Positions 1 to 13,720 of a stretch of DNA of 64,000 nt are shown here, piece after piece. The first letter of the stretch is position 1, and every line of letters starts with the position of its first letter. The notes under the pieces are model-generated. The model searched no databases and had not been told where the DNA came from. It saw only the letters and a list, made by a program, of their open reading frames with translations. Source of the DNA: Carcharhinus longimanus (lineage: Eukaryota); the NCBI GenBank assembly GCA_030264375.1, contig JASCQW010000133.1:43026065-43090064 (forward strand), written 5' to 3'. The translations under genes and the position numbers were made by a program.

Positions 1-141
1 CTCTGCATCCTAACTATGACTGCAACATTACATTCTGCACTCTCGCCTTCTCTATGAATGGAATGCTTTGTCTGTATTGCATGCAAAAAAATGATATTTT
101 TCATTCTATACTAATAGATGTGACAATAATAAATCAAATCA
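1..141 (+). mobile_element. Rex1/Babar-like LINE 3' end
   Basis: Matches the 3' UTR of the copies at 40340-40895 (+) and 23663-24375 (-); ends TGTGACAATAATAAATCAAATC. Confidence 0.75.
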
Positions 142-732
142 TGCCATTTACCTGTACATAATGAAACACAATTGACGCAATTAGTTTATATAACTAACTT
201 ACAGGACTAAAAATTGCATATTTCTCATTCCTTTGTCATAACTGAGCCCATGGTTTCTCTGGTGCTGTTCATGTGGTCAACACAGGAGAGTAGAATAAAA
301 TTAGAATTTGCACTAACGGGAATAGTCCAATACTAACCACTTCCTCATCAAGCCAGATGTTGAAGGATAATCAAAGGATTACAACGCCAAATTTAGAGAA
401 CACACTAGCTTTTCAATCTGACTGATGGACATTTGCCCAGACGACATTAACTGCCAAGAACATGCATTTGAAAATACAAGTACCTAAATAATTAACTGAA
501 TTCTTTTCATACTTCTGTTAAATTTGACTAATTCTCTAGATGTTCATGAAAATTTGGCTCTTCAAAATTAACACAGTGACCAAGATTAATTTTGGACAGC
601 ACTGGGCCACGAATACACTTCACTTTTACCCAAAAGAAAGCTATTTTTCTTTTGGGTTTTATTTCCCAATTTTAAAAACAGAATAGAAAAGATAGAATTT
701 CTTTCCTTCGCTGTGCACTTACGTTTTTGCTG

Positions 733-791
733 TTTTTCACACTAACTTCATTGCAGTGTTAATGTACGCCTACTTGTGACATTAATAAAAA
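733..791 (+). mobile_element. 3' tail fragment of the abundant tRNA-derived V-SINE-like family
   Basis: TAACTTCATTGCAGTGTTAATGTACGCCTACTTGTGACATTAATAAA matches the tails of full copies at 4645, 49046 and 62896. Confidence 0.8.
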
Positions 792-1250
792 ACTCAACTG
801 ATATTTCTGAAGGGCTCTACATATGAGATAGTCACAGATGTAAGACCGGCTTTTCTTTTGTAGGGATAGTTTGCAGCGCTAGTAACAAATACCTCAGTGC
901 AAATTAATCAACATTTCGTTTGAACTATTTTTTGCAATGCTGCAAGAATCCCCAATATCCACAACTAATTAAACTGATCTCAATGCTCAAAAACAAAAAG
1001 TCTAACTACTCAAACTTTTGTTGTGATGGAAATTTACACATACAGCAGTTGAGGCCAAGAAATCCAACACTGAATTTTCCAGCCAAGAAACACTTTTGAC
1101 TAACTTAAAAGCAAGGTTGGAAGTGTCCTCCTCCTGCAGCTGTCCATAAATTGAACATTGAGCTTGCCAAGATCATTTTCCACGGGTACCTGTCTTATCT
1201 TATGACCAGTGGAGATGTCTATCAATCATATCTAAGCAAAGAGCCAGCAA

Positions 1251-2110
1251 TGACAGTGAAGAAAGTTATCTCCAATTGCAACAGGATCTTAATCAATTGG
1301 GCCAGTGGGCTGACAAATGGCAGATCGAGTTTAATTTAAACAAATGCGAGGTGATGCATTTTGGTAGATTGAACCAGGGCAAGGCTTACTCAGTTAATGG
1401 TAGGTTGTTGGGGAGGGATGCAGAACAAAGATCTAGGGGTACATGTTCATAGCTCCTTGAAAGTGGAGTCACAGGTGGACAGTGGTGAAGGCGGCATTCA
1501 GCATGCTTGGTTTCATTGGTCAGAACACTGAATACAGGAGTTGGGACATCTTGTTGAAGGTGTACAAGACATTGGTANNNNNNNNNNNNNNNNNNNNNNN
1601 NNNNNNNNNNNNNNNNNNNNNNNNNNNNNNNNNNNNNNNNNNNNNNNNNNNNNNNNNNNNNNNNNNNNNNNNNNNNNNNNNNNNNNNNNNNNNNNNNNNN
1701 NNNNNNNNNNNNNNNNNNNNNNNNNNNNNNNNNNNNNNNNNNNNNNNNNNNNNNNNNNNNNNNNNNNNNNNNNNNNNNNNNNNNNNNNNNNNNNNNNNNN
1801 NNNNNNNNNNNNNNNNNNNNNNNNNNNNNNNNNNNNNNNNNNNNNNNNNNNNNNNNNNNNNNNNNNNNNNNNNNNNNNNNNNNNNNNNNNNNNNNNNNNN
1901 NNNNNNNNNNNNNNNNNNNNNNNNNNNNNNNNNNNNNNNNNNNNNNNNNNNNNNNNNNNNNNNNNNNNNNNNNNNNNNNNNNCAATGGGTATAGAGGAAA
2001 ATGGGTCAAATGCGGGAAATTGGGATTAGCTTAGGGGTTTTAAAAAAAAGGGCAGCATGGACAAGTTGGGCCTAAGGGCCTGTTTCCATGCTGTAAACCT
2101 CTATGACTCT
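1251..2110 (+). mobile_element. CR1/HER1-like LINE 3' fragment spanning an N gap
   Basis: Decayed ORF2 C-terminus (LQQDLNQLGQWA.., KCEVMHFG, VKAAFSMLGFIGQNTEYRSWDILLKVYKTLV) followed by a CR1-type hairpin tail ending CTCTATGACTCT. Confidence 0.85.
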
Positions 2111-3214
2111 TTAAGCAAAGTACGATAATTGAGATTTCTTTTTTTAAATGGAATCAATAGCTTTCAATCTGTCACGGACACAGTACTATTCTTTCAAATA
2201 TACATGTAAATATTTGTGCCACCACCAAACTATTTCAATATTTTGAGGCCATGCTGCAACAGGAAAGATGGTGATTCAGCTTCTTTCTTGTCTTTCTTCA
2301 AGACTTCATAACTAAGAGGTTTAATTTTAAAACAGCCAACCATAAATTTCAAAAATGCAAACCATGCATTTTAAAATCCTCCATTCTGCTTATATACTGC
2401 ATGATACTAACACAGATCATGTGAAAATATTGTTTAAACCCTTTATTGAACCAAAATCATGATCTCATTTCTTGCCTGGTCTAAACTGTTACAGATGTGG
2501 AAAGCTATTCAGTCAATCTAAATTTAACCAACTGTATGCACAATGTGCCTGTTAATTTCTACTTTTTTTAAAAAATGGTATGCCAGTTTAAATTTTTTTG
2601 GTAAGACTGCATGTTTCATGTAAACAGCTATAGATATTTTAATTTATTGGAATTTGGACATTTTCACACACAAAAGACTGTTGACAGATTTAGCCCTCAA
2701 GCAGTTTCATGGCTTCTTATGTGAAGAGATAGGCAACAGTCTGAATAACAATGAAGAAAATGTCACAGAAGCGAAGCTGTACTGGCACAATAGACTGATC
2801 CACATGTCACAAGACGTTCCTCAGATATTTGTACTGTGAAGTGGATTTTAATGAGTAAACCTGATCGCAAACTCACTAGTGAACTGCTTCATTAAGTGCA
2901 TTTCTGCTAAAATATATTTAGCCATTTCTTCCTCCTAAACAACTCTACAATCCTGAAATTTGTGAATAAAAAATGTTTTCCAGCTTGAAATTAAAATGCA
3001 TCCATTGCTGCTTCCAGTATTTGTTTAAAAAAGTGAATAGGGTAAATGTAAATTATACAAATGCAGTTTTGTGTTTAAGGAAAAAAGGACTATACATGTA
3101 AATAAAAGCACAAAGTACCAGTTGGAAAAACAGGACATGTATTTTGAGAAGTGTGACAATGTAAATAAGCAAAAGATTCTTGCTGGAGTTCCAACTGAAA
3201 CTTCTGTCAACTAA

Positions 3215-3971
3215 AGGGGCCAGATATATGCCTCTCGAAGCCTGCTCCACAATTCAATAAGATCACGGCTGACTAGATTCCAACCTCAACTCCACGTTCC
3301 TGCCTACACTGATAACCTTTCATCTTGTCAAGAATCTACCTACCACTGCCTTAAAAATCGTCAAGCATGCTGCTTCCACTGTCTTTTGTGGAACTGTTCC
3401 AAAGATTCCGACCCTCAAAAAAAATTCCTCCTCGTCAGTGTTCTAAATGGGCAATGCCTTGTTCTTAAAAACAGTTGCCCCTCACACCAGATTCCCACCC
3501 CAAAAAAAAACATCCTGTCTACATCCTCCCTTACAAGTTTTTCAAGACATTGCGTGTTGCAGCCAAGTCACCTCTTACTCTTCTGAAAGCCAGCATATAC
3601 ATGCTGAACCTCTCCACACAAGATAACCCACATATTCCTGATATTAACCTAGTAATATCAGGCCAGGGACCTGAATGCGATTCCTGGCTTGGGGCACTGT
3701 CTGTGTAGAGCTTGCATGTTCTCCCCATGTCTGCATGGGTTTCCTCCCAGTCTGAAAGACATGCTGGTTAGGTCATTGACCTGAAAAAGGTGCCAAAGTG
3801 TGGTGACTAGAACTTCACAGTAACTTCAATGAGGTGTTAATGCAAGTCTTACTGTCACCAATAAATAAATTTGAAACTTCTCAGAATGGCTTCCAACGTA
3901 GTTACATTGTTCCTTAAATAAAGAGGCCAATACTATACATGCTATATCAGATGTGGTCTCACCAATGCCCT
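3215..3971 (-). mobile_element. CR1 LINE 3' fragment interrupted by a SINE
   Basis: Reverse-strand CR1 3' UTR (CTCGAAGCCTGCTCCACAATTCAATAAGATC) and ORF2 remnant ending AGATGTGGTCTCACCAATGCCC (ALVRPHL on minus). Confidence 0.8.
3661..3871 (+). mobile_element. V-SINE-like tRNA SINE, 5'-truncated, nested in CR1
   Basis: Core CACTGTCTGTGTAGAGCTTGCATGTTCTCCCCATGTCTGCATGGGTTTCCTC; tail ends AATAAATAAA. Confidence 0.85.
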
Positions 3972-4644
3972 GGAGTGGTTTTCAACCAGTCTGCTACTGC
4001 ACCAACAGTGCAAGTGCACCATGGCCCGTTGGCAGAATGTTTTGATGAGTGCAGTACTCAAATTGGGGGGTTGGCAAGTGGAGACTGGAAGGAGAGCAGC
4101 CACAAGGTCTGGGAGCCCAGCCTTGGACACCCTGCAGGGCTGGCTGGGAGGAGACAGAACAGCACCTGGTTTGAGAACCCAGCCTCGGATACCTTGTCGC
4201 AGGCAGTCTTTCCCAGGAAGCCTGTTCATGGTGCATGCCAAAATAAACATGCAAGAGTTAAAAACTATTCAAGCACTTGACTGCCAAAGAAACATCAGCC
4301 CGTTTCTCAGGTTGGCTCAGTTGTTCTCACATTCCAAGTATGCTGGTATAAATGATTATTGTTCAGCCCTGTGACGGCCTTTAGCAAAAAAAGGGGGCTG
4401 GTCATTTTTCCAGTTGCAGTTTTTTCAGGTTAACAGGATCTCCTAAAAAGATCCACACTTCCTTCCCATCCCTTTTTAAAAAGTGCCATTGCAAAACAGC
4501 AAGGATCAAAAATGAAACAATTCAGAAATGCAAGCCGAGAATGCTAGAATTGCACAGGACACGGTATAACCTGAAACTGAGAGACAAACACTGGGTTCAG
4601 GTAGCAGTCCTTCCTTCTGTATATTCACCATTTCCTCCCACTAA

Positions 4645-4925
4645 GGGTGACACTGTGGTTAGCACTGCTGCCTCATTACACCAGAGACCCGGGTTCAATT
4701 TCTGGCTTGGGTCACTGTGTGTGGAGCTTGCACGTTCTCCTTGTGTCTGTGTGGGTTTCCTCAGTGCTCCAGTTTCCTCCCACAGTCCAAAGATGTGTGG
4801 CCTGGGTGCACTGGCCATGCTAAATTCTCCCTCAGTGTAGCCGAACAAGTGCCGGAGTGTGGCAATTAGGAGATTTTCACAGTAACTTCATTGCAGTGTT
4901 AACGTAAGCCTACTTACAACACAAA
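4645..4925 (+). mobile_element. Full-length tRNA-derived V-SINE-like element (HE1-related head and core)
   Basis: Pol III A-box region GTGGTTAGCACTGCTGCC, B box GGTTCAATTTC, core GTGGGTTTCCTC..GCTCCAGTTTCCTCCCACAGTCCAAAGA, family tail. Confidence 0.9.
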
Positions 4926-5195
4926 AACTAGAATTGGTATGGCCATCTTGCCCTGTTGTCAGTCATTTGAAAGAACTGCTGTTAATCCCACTTATTACAG
5001 GGGAGGAATCTTTGCAGGAGAGAATATCACTAAAGGGGAAAGGGTGAACCCAAATCACTTCCTTTCTGGATCAAGAGGCTCTGTGCACACTGGCAGCCCC
5101 AGGTTTCCCACCAATTCAGTAAGTTGCTACTTATTCAACTTTACACTTTGTGATCCACTGAATTTCAATCACATGCTGTGAATCTTTCTTCAGAT

Positions 5196-6117
5196 ACATA
5201 GAAAATACGATGAGGAGGCCACCATTTGGCCCTTCAAGCCTGCTCCATCATTCATCACAATCATGGCTGATCATTCAACTCAATAGCCTAATCCTGCTTT
5301 CTCCCCATAATTTTGATCTCATTTGTCCCAAGTACTATATCCAACCACCTCTTGAATACATTTAATGTTTTGGCATCAACTACTTCCTGTGGTAATGAAT
5401 TCCACAGGCTCACCACATTTTTGGGAGAAAAAATGTCTCATCTCCATCTTAAATGGTCTATCCTGAATCCTCTGACTGTGGCCCCTGGTTCTGGACATAC
5501 CCGTCCTCCCGGTATCTACCCTGTCTAGTCCTGTTAGACTTTTAAGTGTCTATGAGATCTCCCGTCATTCATCTGAACTCCAGCAAAAACAATCCTAGCC
5601 TAGTCAATCCCTCCTCATACATCAGTCCTGCCATCCCCGGAATCAGTCTGGTAAACCTTTGCTGCACTCCCTCAAGAGCAAGAACATCCTTCCTCAGAAA
5701 AGGAGACCAAAACTGCACACACTATTCTAGGTGTGGCCTCACCAAGGCCCTGTATAATTGNNNNNNNNNNNNNNNNNNNNNNNNNNNNNNNNNNNNNNNN
5801 NNNNNNNNNNNNNNNNNNNNNNNNNNNNNNNNNNNNNNNNNNNNNNNNNNNNNNNNNNNNACATCCTTCCTCAGAAAAGGAGACCAAAACTGCACACACT
5901 ATTCTAGGTGTGGCCTCACCAAGGCCCTGTATAATTGCAACAACATATCCCCACTCCTCTACTCGAAACCTCTTGCAAAGAAAAACAAAATACCATATGC
6001 CTTTTTTTAACCAGTTGCTGCACCTGTATGCTCACCTCCTACGGCTGGTGCACAAGGACACTCATGTCCTGTTGCACACTCCCCTTTCCCAATTTACAGC
6101 CATTCAAGTAATTTCTG
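5196..6117 (-). mobile_element. CR1/HER1-like LINE 3' fragment
   Basis: Minus-strand CR1 tail and ORF2 motif YRALVRPHLE.CVQFWSP; contains a 100-N gap with duplicated flanks. Confidence 0.85.
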
Positions 6118-6235
6118 TGGTTTACAGTTTGTAAACTTTGTTTGGTAGTAACGAGGAGCAGGAAAGAAAAGCCCTAAAGAATTGGATATAATCGGAAACA
6201 AAATATATCTTTCAAATTTACCTGCAGCTCTGGTT

Positions 6236-6459
6236 GTGGCATGGTGGCCCAGTGGTTAGCACTGCTACCTCACAGCACAAGGGACCCAGGTTCGATTCCT
6301 GGCTCGAGTCACTGTGTACAGTCTGCACTTCCTCCTCCTCGCGCATGGGTTTCCAGTTTACTTCCACAGTCTCAAAGATGCATTGACCCAAACAGGCACT
6401 GGAGTGTGGCAACTAGGGGAATTTCATAGTTGTGTTTAATGTAAGCCTTACTTGTGACT
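6236..6459 (+). mobile_element. tRNA-derived V-SINE-like element
   Basis: GTGGCCCAGTGGTTAGCACTGC (A box), GGTTCGATTCC (B box), family tail GTAAGCCTTACTTGTGAC. Confidence 0.88.
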
Positions 6460-6534
6460 TCCCTAGTGATTGTAATTTTCCTGGAGTTCCTCCCTCCCGT
6501 TTCCTGAGTTATAGGAACTTCTGGAGTGTGTGCA

Positions 6535-6953
6535 CAAGTGCATAGTAAAATAGGGCAAAATCAGCATGGTTTTTATCAAGGGGAGGTTCTAAAGAAGTCT
6601 GTTTAGAATTCTTTGAGGTGGTAACAAGCAGGTTAAACAAAGGAGAACGAATGGATGTTACTACTCAGATTTCCAGAAGGCCTTTAACAAGGTGCCACAC
6701 AGGCTACTGCTGAGTAAGATAATAGCCCATGTTAAAAGCAAGGGACTAGAATGGATAGAAGATTGACTGATTGGCGGAAGGCAGAGAGTGGGGATAAAAG
6801 AGCAGCACGGATGGCAGATCTGTCACATGAGGTGAAACTAAATTGATTAGGATTATATTCACTGGAGTTTAGAAGACAAAGAGGTGATCTCATAGAAACT
6901 TATAAAATTCTAACAGGATTAGACAGTAGATTCAGAAAAGATGCTCCCAACTG

Positions 6954-7002
<49 letters not shown>

Positions 7003-7555
7003 GTGGTGGTGGTGTCCAGAACTAGGAGTCATAGTTTTAGGATAGGGGGTAAACATTTTAGAATTGAGGTGAGAAATTTCTTCAGAGGGTGGTGAATGTG
7101 TGGAATTCACTACCACAGACTGTAGTTGAGGCGAAAACATTGTCAGATTTCAAAAAGAAATTAGATATAGCTCTAGGTGCTAAAAAGGAATCAAGGGATG
7201 GGATGGGGGGGTTGTATTGAATTTAGTAATTAGCCATAATCAAAATGAATCACAGATTGCAAGTGCGAGGTGGTCCACTTTGGTAGGAATAATGGTAGGA
7301 AGGATTATTACTTACGTGGAGAAAAACTGCAGCAGNNNNNNNNNNNNNNNNNNNNNNNNNNNNNNNNNNNNNNNNNNNNNNNNNNNNNNNNNNNNNNNNN
7401 NNNNNNNNNNNNNNNNNNNNNNNNNNNNNNNNNNNATCTTATTGAATGGCGGGGCAGGCTCGAAGGGCCAGATGGCCTACTCCTGCTCCTATTTCTTATG
7501 TTCTTATTATCAGACTCAAAGGGCTGAATGGCCTACTCCTGCTTCTAGTTTCAAG
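6535..7555 (+). mobile_element. Cluster of CR1 LINE fragments (RT region, 3' end and tandem tails)
   Basis: RT remnant (QHGF.., DFQKAFNKVPH, WIEDW) joined to 3' ORF2 and two CR1 tails (ATGGCCTACTCCTGC). Confidence 0.8.
6957..7000 (+). repeat. (TG)22 microsatellite expanded inside a CR1 fragment
   Basis: Perfect TG dinucleotide run. Confidence 0.97.
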
Positions 7556-9299
7556 TAACCCTGATTGAAAATTAATCTGATCTTTTCAATGCACCATTTC
7601 CAAATTTTACCAAATAGCAAAAGCAACTAAATTTTCAAATCAGTACACAACATGCTGACAATTGCAGCTGATGTACCCTAGCAAACCAAGAACCATAATG
7701 GACATTATACTTCTTATATAAAAGATGCATCTACAGTACCCAGTCAATAACTTAAAATGTCACACTGCATTACTTAAAATCTGTTAGACCCTAGTCCACT
7801 CTTATGCATTTTCACTGTCAGCTTTTAGAAATATACGAGGTTGACAACTGATGGTGTCTCAATAATAAAAAATTCCAAGGAGAGGAACGGAGGGGACAAA
7901 AAAATTAACTTTGCACCTGTTCCACATCCCATTGGTGGAAAGGTGCCCTATCATCATTAGTTCAGTCCCTGCTGTGCAGTGTTAGCTGATCTCAGCCAAG
8001 GTTGCAATGAGGGCACTGCAGTTAAGCTGCTTTTGTACCATGCCAGACTTGTGGCATAATTGACTATTCACTGTGGATTCAGAAAGCTCTTTTCACATCC
8101 TCAGGATATCCCACTGCTCTTCGCAGCAAAATGATTCTTACGCATGGGTGGCATTCAGACCATGCAATTGCATGGGGCCTTGACCTTATTCAATGAAAGG
8201 ACACCTGCACAATGGTAATGGCTGACACTTGATTATTTTGTCAACTATTTTTATGTCACACCTTGCAAGCAAAGCTTTTCACAATAATATGTGCAATTTG
8301 ACATCAGATTAAAGGTAGCACATCATATTATTCTCTTCTAATAAAGAGGTGCACTATTAAGATCCCATAAAGGCAGAGAACTTGTAAAAGGAAATTCCAA
8401 CCTCCACTTAATAGCTTAAAAGAATTGAGCCATTCACTGCAACTAATGATTAAAAATACAATTACTAAAAACTACCTTTGTTGACAATTTAGACTTCGAA
8501 CAGAATGGAATATCCACCTTTCTCATTCTTAGTCCAACTGAAAACTTTACAAGTACATAACAATCATTGAATTATCTCATTTTTGCCCAGACATTATCCT
8601 TCTAGTCCAAGCTAGGCAACACTTCCAATCTCCTTTGGGCTTCTCAATCATAGTAAGATCGTCCATTTGCATAATCCATATGAGCGTATGAAGCTTGTTC
8701 TCCCTCATCTGAATCCAGGCAGCCTCCAAACCTACTTCGTGATATTCTAGGAAAGCCTGTAGCCTGATCTTTACAGTGGCTTTCTTTGCATCCTTCCTCA
8801 TGACAACATGAATCACATGGGTTTGAATCTTAGAAATACTAAAATAGCTTTTCTGGCAAGCCCAACTCCCTTTCATCTTGGAACAAAATGGACAGTTTAA
8901 AATACAACTGTTTACAGCCTGACATTCAACACTTTTCTGGCATGTTGGTGACTCAGTCTATTCAATATTAGCACACAAGCTGCTTTCATTGCCTCTTTTC
9001 CCAGTAAAGCAATCTAGACCTTCCATTGATCCAACGACTAAAATTTTGCCCTCTTAATCCAGCAGCACTAAAATCATCTATAATGAAAACAAGTGCTGTT
9101 CCAACTAAAGTCAATGAATGCAACAATCGATGGTACGCCAGACAGTTCTCATCCAAGGAGTACATTCTTCTTGCTTACTGCTACAAAACCCACCTGTTCT
9201 TTTCTTCAAATTGAATAATTACTTTAGAGTCAGGACCAGATAAACTGTCTCCAATTCTCACACTTCACCAAATATCACGAACAAACTAAAGCACCAATG

Positions 9300-9900
9300 T
9301 GGGAGGAAAGGAAATCCTTGATAAACTTGCATTTAAATAATATAGCTTTAGAAAAACCTTATGGAACAGGGCAAAAATATTATCAATAAAGTTTTTTTTA
9401 AAAAACTGATGCCTAGCCACAGAAAGATGTCTTAAGACAGGACCTGGTACAAGTTAGAACACTGACGGCAGATTTTGGGATCAACACAAATCCACAGGCA
9501 GTGGATTCTGATGGGCCAGGTAAGAGAACAGTAGAGGTAACAGAAACAGATGTGAAAGTCCAAATCCAGTCTCCTCACCTACCAGAATCAAATCACGTTA
9601 CTGAGGTGGAATCATGCAGTCTTGATAACGAAACAGAACCTCATCTCGGAGTCAAACACAATACTAAGGTTGCAACATGTCTGGTTCAGTGGCCAGAGAT
9701 ATGGAAACAGTGAATGGTAAACAGAGTTTCCCAACATTTGCTTGGAAAGGTATTTCTGCTCATACAGAACAGGCTTTCAGGCAAGTAGTGTAATAAAACA
9801 AGAGATAATGGAGAGGGTCTGAACAAGTGTCAACAGCAAGTGTGGAACCTGATATACTTTCAGATTAGATCAGAGGGAAAACATGTAGATGAAGAAGGAC
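9300..9900 (-). mobile_element. Old L2-like LINE fragment
   Basis: Reverse L2-type tail (CTTGCATTTAAATAATATAGC) followed by decayed ORF2-like sequence; heavily diverged. Confidence 0.5.
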
Positions 9901-9914
9901 AAGGATAAATTATG

Positions 9915-10022
9915 GAATCATAGAATCCCTACAGTGCAGAAGGCCACCATTTGGCCCATCGAGTCTGCGCTGACAACAATCCCACTTAGGCCCTATCCCT
10001 GCAACCCAACACATTTACCCCA
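9915..10022 (-). mobile_element. HE1-type SINE 3' fragment (CR1-like tail)
   Basis: GAATCATAGAATCCCTACAGTGCAGAAGGCCACCATTTGGCCCATCGAGTCTGC is the reverse complement of the tail at about 39740-39797. Confidence 0.8.
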
Positions 10023-10589
10023 AAGAAACCCTGGTCCTCATGCTGCCAAATCACAGTACTTGAGTAGTGTGCGCAGTTTTGGTCCCCTTATGTCAGAAAA
10101 GATATTATTGTCAGAGTGTGCAACAAAATGTTCACCAGATTTGTTCCAAGGCATGTTGCCACAGCAACTTGGACTCTGAGTGAACCATAACACATTTAAA
10201 TTTAGAAACTTAGAGGGAAGGCTTTTTCATGGTCACATTTATAATTGATCTCACTGGGCAGTATCGTGAGTCACAAAGGGCATTCCTGCATACATACTCA
10301 ATAGAGGACAGAAATTGGCCAATCCAAACAACTTATTCTCCACACAAGTCCCCTTTTATTTCATCACAGCCCTTCAACATCTTATATTGCTTTTGATCTT
10401 ATATACCAATGTAGTTTCCTTTAGAAAACAGCTGCTTGTTTCCACCATTTCCTGTGATAGAAAATTGTGAAATTTCTCCTTCCTCCCTTATTGCATTATT
10501 AGTAACCATCTTGTATTTTGGGATGTAGTTTTGAATTGTCCCAAAGTAGAAAAACATTAATCCATTTTGCATCCTTGGGGGACTCCAAT

Positions 10590-10860
10590 TTATGATACTG
10601 AACTGAGAGAAAAAGCCAAAACAGGCATCTCAAAGGCTCTATTTGATAGGTAAGAATGGAATCAAGCAGTTGCATATGACTGAGTTACAGAGGGGAGTTC
10701 TTGAAGGAGGTGGACATGGTCCAGTGCATTAAAGGCTGTAAACAGGTTAAGGACGAGGAGCTTCCTCATCATGTCACTGAGAAACATCAGTTTCGTGTCC
10801 AAATCAGAAAGTACTCTGAAGCTGAATCTCATGCTGAAAATTGACAAAACCCCAGAGCCT
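10590..10860 (-). mobile_element. L2-clade LINE reverse transcriptase remnant
   Basis: Translation LLVLNLFTAFNALDHVHLLQEL resembles the L2 RT motif LVLLDLSAAFDTVDHxILLxRL. Confidence 0.6.
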
Positions 10861-12014
10861 TCTTAAGCAAACCANNNNNNNNNNAGTGGAGACAATCACA
10901 ATTTCACATTATAGCAATTGTGCCCAACCCCAAAAGCCATCAAAAATTAGGTCAACATAAACAGTAAATCCCAGCTGCCAGAATCTCATCAACATTTGAT
11001 TCTTACGGGGCAACATAACATTATCCATTCAGGAGCACCTTTACAGGTTGATGGCTCTCTTACACAAAAGATGAGTTTCTGAGATAATAAAGTTATAAAA
11101 GATGAAAATGGAAGCCTTACAGAATGTTTTGGCTATTTCTGAAAAATGAATTGAGTCAATGGTAGGTAGCGAGTTAAGAAATTTACACATTTTCAGAGCA
11201 ATGCATCTTCAAGAGATGACCCCCCACCCACAACCAAAGGGCAGTCATAGTTGTGCAAGCAATACAGCAGACAAGATCCCGTAAATAGCAAACATAATTA
11301 ACAACTGGTTAAAAGATTAGGGTGACACAAAAGCTTCCGTGGCAAATTCACAAAGTGGGTCAATTAACTTTTGCCCAGTCAAAAACAAGAAAAATACTGG
11401 ATGAAGCAAAGAGATGGGCTTGAATTCTGATGTTAGAGGGAGAAAATTAAAATCAGCATCACCCTGTAATAAACTTTTAAGTTGGAAAGGAGAGTCTTTC
11501 ATTTTGAATGCTTAATTGCTGGTGTTAAGATTAGAGCTTGTAAAGTTTTCAAAGGCCCACACAAGCTGGGGCCCTTTTTTTGTTATTGCAGGGGCAACAT
11601 TTCAGAAACAACAAAAATAACACATTTTAAAGGTTCCGTTGAAATTTATATTCAAATTTAGTCACAATTTTAACAAAGATTCTGTACTTAAGCAGTTGAT
11701 TTCATTTTGCTTGCAAACAATGAATTCATTTAACTGTTGATTTTAAAAACCGTGGTTTTATTATAATGCAGCATAAATCATCCGGAAGCGAAATCTTGGC
11801 CTGGCAAAACAGTTGTGCTAAAACATTTACACTGACTACATGGTGCCAGAGACCAAAAGTCAAACAGCTATGCTGCTCACAGGAGTAATTAAAAGATTTG
11901 CATCCGTTAAGGGATCATGGGAAAGCATAATACAAGCTCACTTCATTGCATTCAATCCCACATATTCTAAAGAAACGCCTGTGACAAAACGCAAAGCAAC
12001 GTTGCCTTTTCAAG

Positions 12015-12960
12015 GACATAGGACCAGGAGGCCATTTAGCTACCAGCCAGTTTCACCATTCAATTAAATCATAATGGATCTGCAACGCAACTTCAAATAC
12101 CTTTGCCCCTGAACTAATTATCTTCAACTAATAATAACCTATCCATCTCAGTCCAAAATTGACTCATCTGGCATAAACTGCCATTTGCAGAACAATGTAC
12201 CAAACTTCTAACAGCTTTGTGTACATAATTGTTCCCTAATTTCACTTCTGCAAGTTCTTGAACAATTTTTAAACTATGCCTGCCTAGTCTGAGTCTCCTC
12301 AACCCAGTGATTAGCTTCTCCCTATGTCTGTTTCCCCCTAATATTTTGAAAACTTTAATTGATTCAAATCATAACTTCTAAATTGCAGGGAATAGAACTC
12401 CAGTTTATCTAATCTCTCCTCTTAGCTTAACCTTTGGGAGTCCAGGTATCATTCTGATAGTTTCTGCAGCTCTACCAAGGCCAATATATCTTCCCCAAGA
12501 TGTGGTGCCCAGAACTGCTCACATTAGCCACAAGTAAAGCTGCAGCATAACTGCCTTGTACTCGAGACCTCTAGATGTAAAGGCCAAAGGAATGGAATGT
12601 TTTCTGTACATGTTTTTGATATTTTACTGATGTATGTACCTGGACCAACTCCACTGATCTCTTCACGCCACCACTGTTTCTAGCTTTTCACCAATTAAAT
12701 GTACCCTGTTCCATCCTTTTCAAATTCCATGCAGATGACTTCATTAGTCTACATCGAAATCCACTGGCCAGTTTTGCACACTTAATCTATCAAGAACTTG
12801 TAATTTTACACATCTACATGATACAAGCCACCTAGTTTTGTCAGCAACTTTGGATACATAGCTTTCTTTCCCATCATCTAAACTGTTAATAAATACAGCA
12901 AACGGTTGAAGCCTCACTGTGGGATACCTGGACAACAGATGCTGCAAAGAAAAAGTCTAC
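12015..12960 (-). mobile_element. Old CR1 LINE fragment (RT to 3' tail)
   Basis: Minus translation F..FINSLDDGKESYVSKVAD (CR1 RT FADD region); reverse tail GGACATAGGACCAGGAGGCCATTTAGC. Confidence 0.75.
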
Positions 12961-13341
12961 TGCATTCTATTAACAACTTCTACCCAGCCAAGCTGAAACA
13001 TGCAATTCACAACTGGCTTTGCTTGAAGGCAACTTCTCCGTTTTTCAACAATTACATGTTTCAGCAAACAAACACGCATATGTTAATTTTCTTATCAGTG
13101 CAACCTTCAGTCCAAGCAGGGATATCCAGAACAGGGCCACATATATTTCAAGTCCCCATTTGAAGTTATACAATTGCTATTATAAATTTCAATCAAATTA
13201 CTATCAAATTTGGTTACACAACTTGTCACTAATTATGGCATTTTTAAAATTCATTCATACAACGTGGGCGTCACTGGCTCACCAGCATCACTGCCAATGG
13301 TGACACTATAGGAGTTCTACAAAAGGCATGGTGTATAATGG

Positions 13342-13720
13342 GAAGCGGTGGCATAGTGACTGTCATTGAACTAGTAATCCAAAAGCACAATTTAATACTC
13401 AGGAATATTAGTCAAATCCCACCATTGCAGCAGATGGAACTTATAATTATTATAAACTCTGAAACCATTGTCAATTGTAACCAGAAAAATGTCCTTCAGG
13501 GAAGGAAATCCATTATCATTACCTGGTCTAACTTGCATGGAACTCGAGACCCACAGAATGTGGCTGACTCTTAACTGCCCTCTTAAATAGCCTCGCAAGC
13601 CATGAACTGCAGCAGTTCAAGGCAGTGGTGGTTCGCTACTACCTTCAAGTGCAATCAGGGATGGAATAACCGCTGGTCTACCCAATGATGTCCACATCCC
13701 ATGAAAGAATTTTTAAAAAT
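13342..13720 (+). mobile_element. Second tRNA-derived SINE family with LINE-derived tail
   Basis: Head GCGGTGGCATAGTG, B-box-like GTCAAATCCC; tail GCAGCAGTTCAAG..CCACATCCCATGAAAGAAT shared with 30660-30915, 33095-33258 and 52236-52555. An inverted tail fragment lies just upstream (about 13250-13298). Confidence 0.7.

Noticed and set aside
3972-4440. Possible hAT element beginning GAGTGGTTTTCAACC
   Set aside because: No matching second TIR or 8-bp TSD found.
4645-4720. tRNA gene-like A/B boxes
   Set aside because: SINE heads without a cloverleaf; no true tRNA or rRNA gene or CRISPR array was seen in the window.
5684-5937. Perfect 77-bp direct repeat around a 100-N gap
   Set aside because: Identical overlapping contig ends around a fixed-size gap: assembly artefact.
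8490-9210. Possible decayed L1/Tx1 ORF2 (ELGLP word on minus)
   Set aside because: One weak motif only; cannot be supported by eye.
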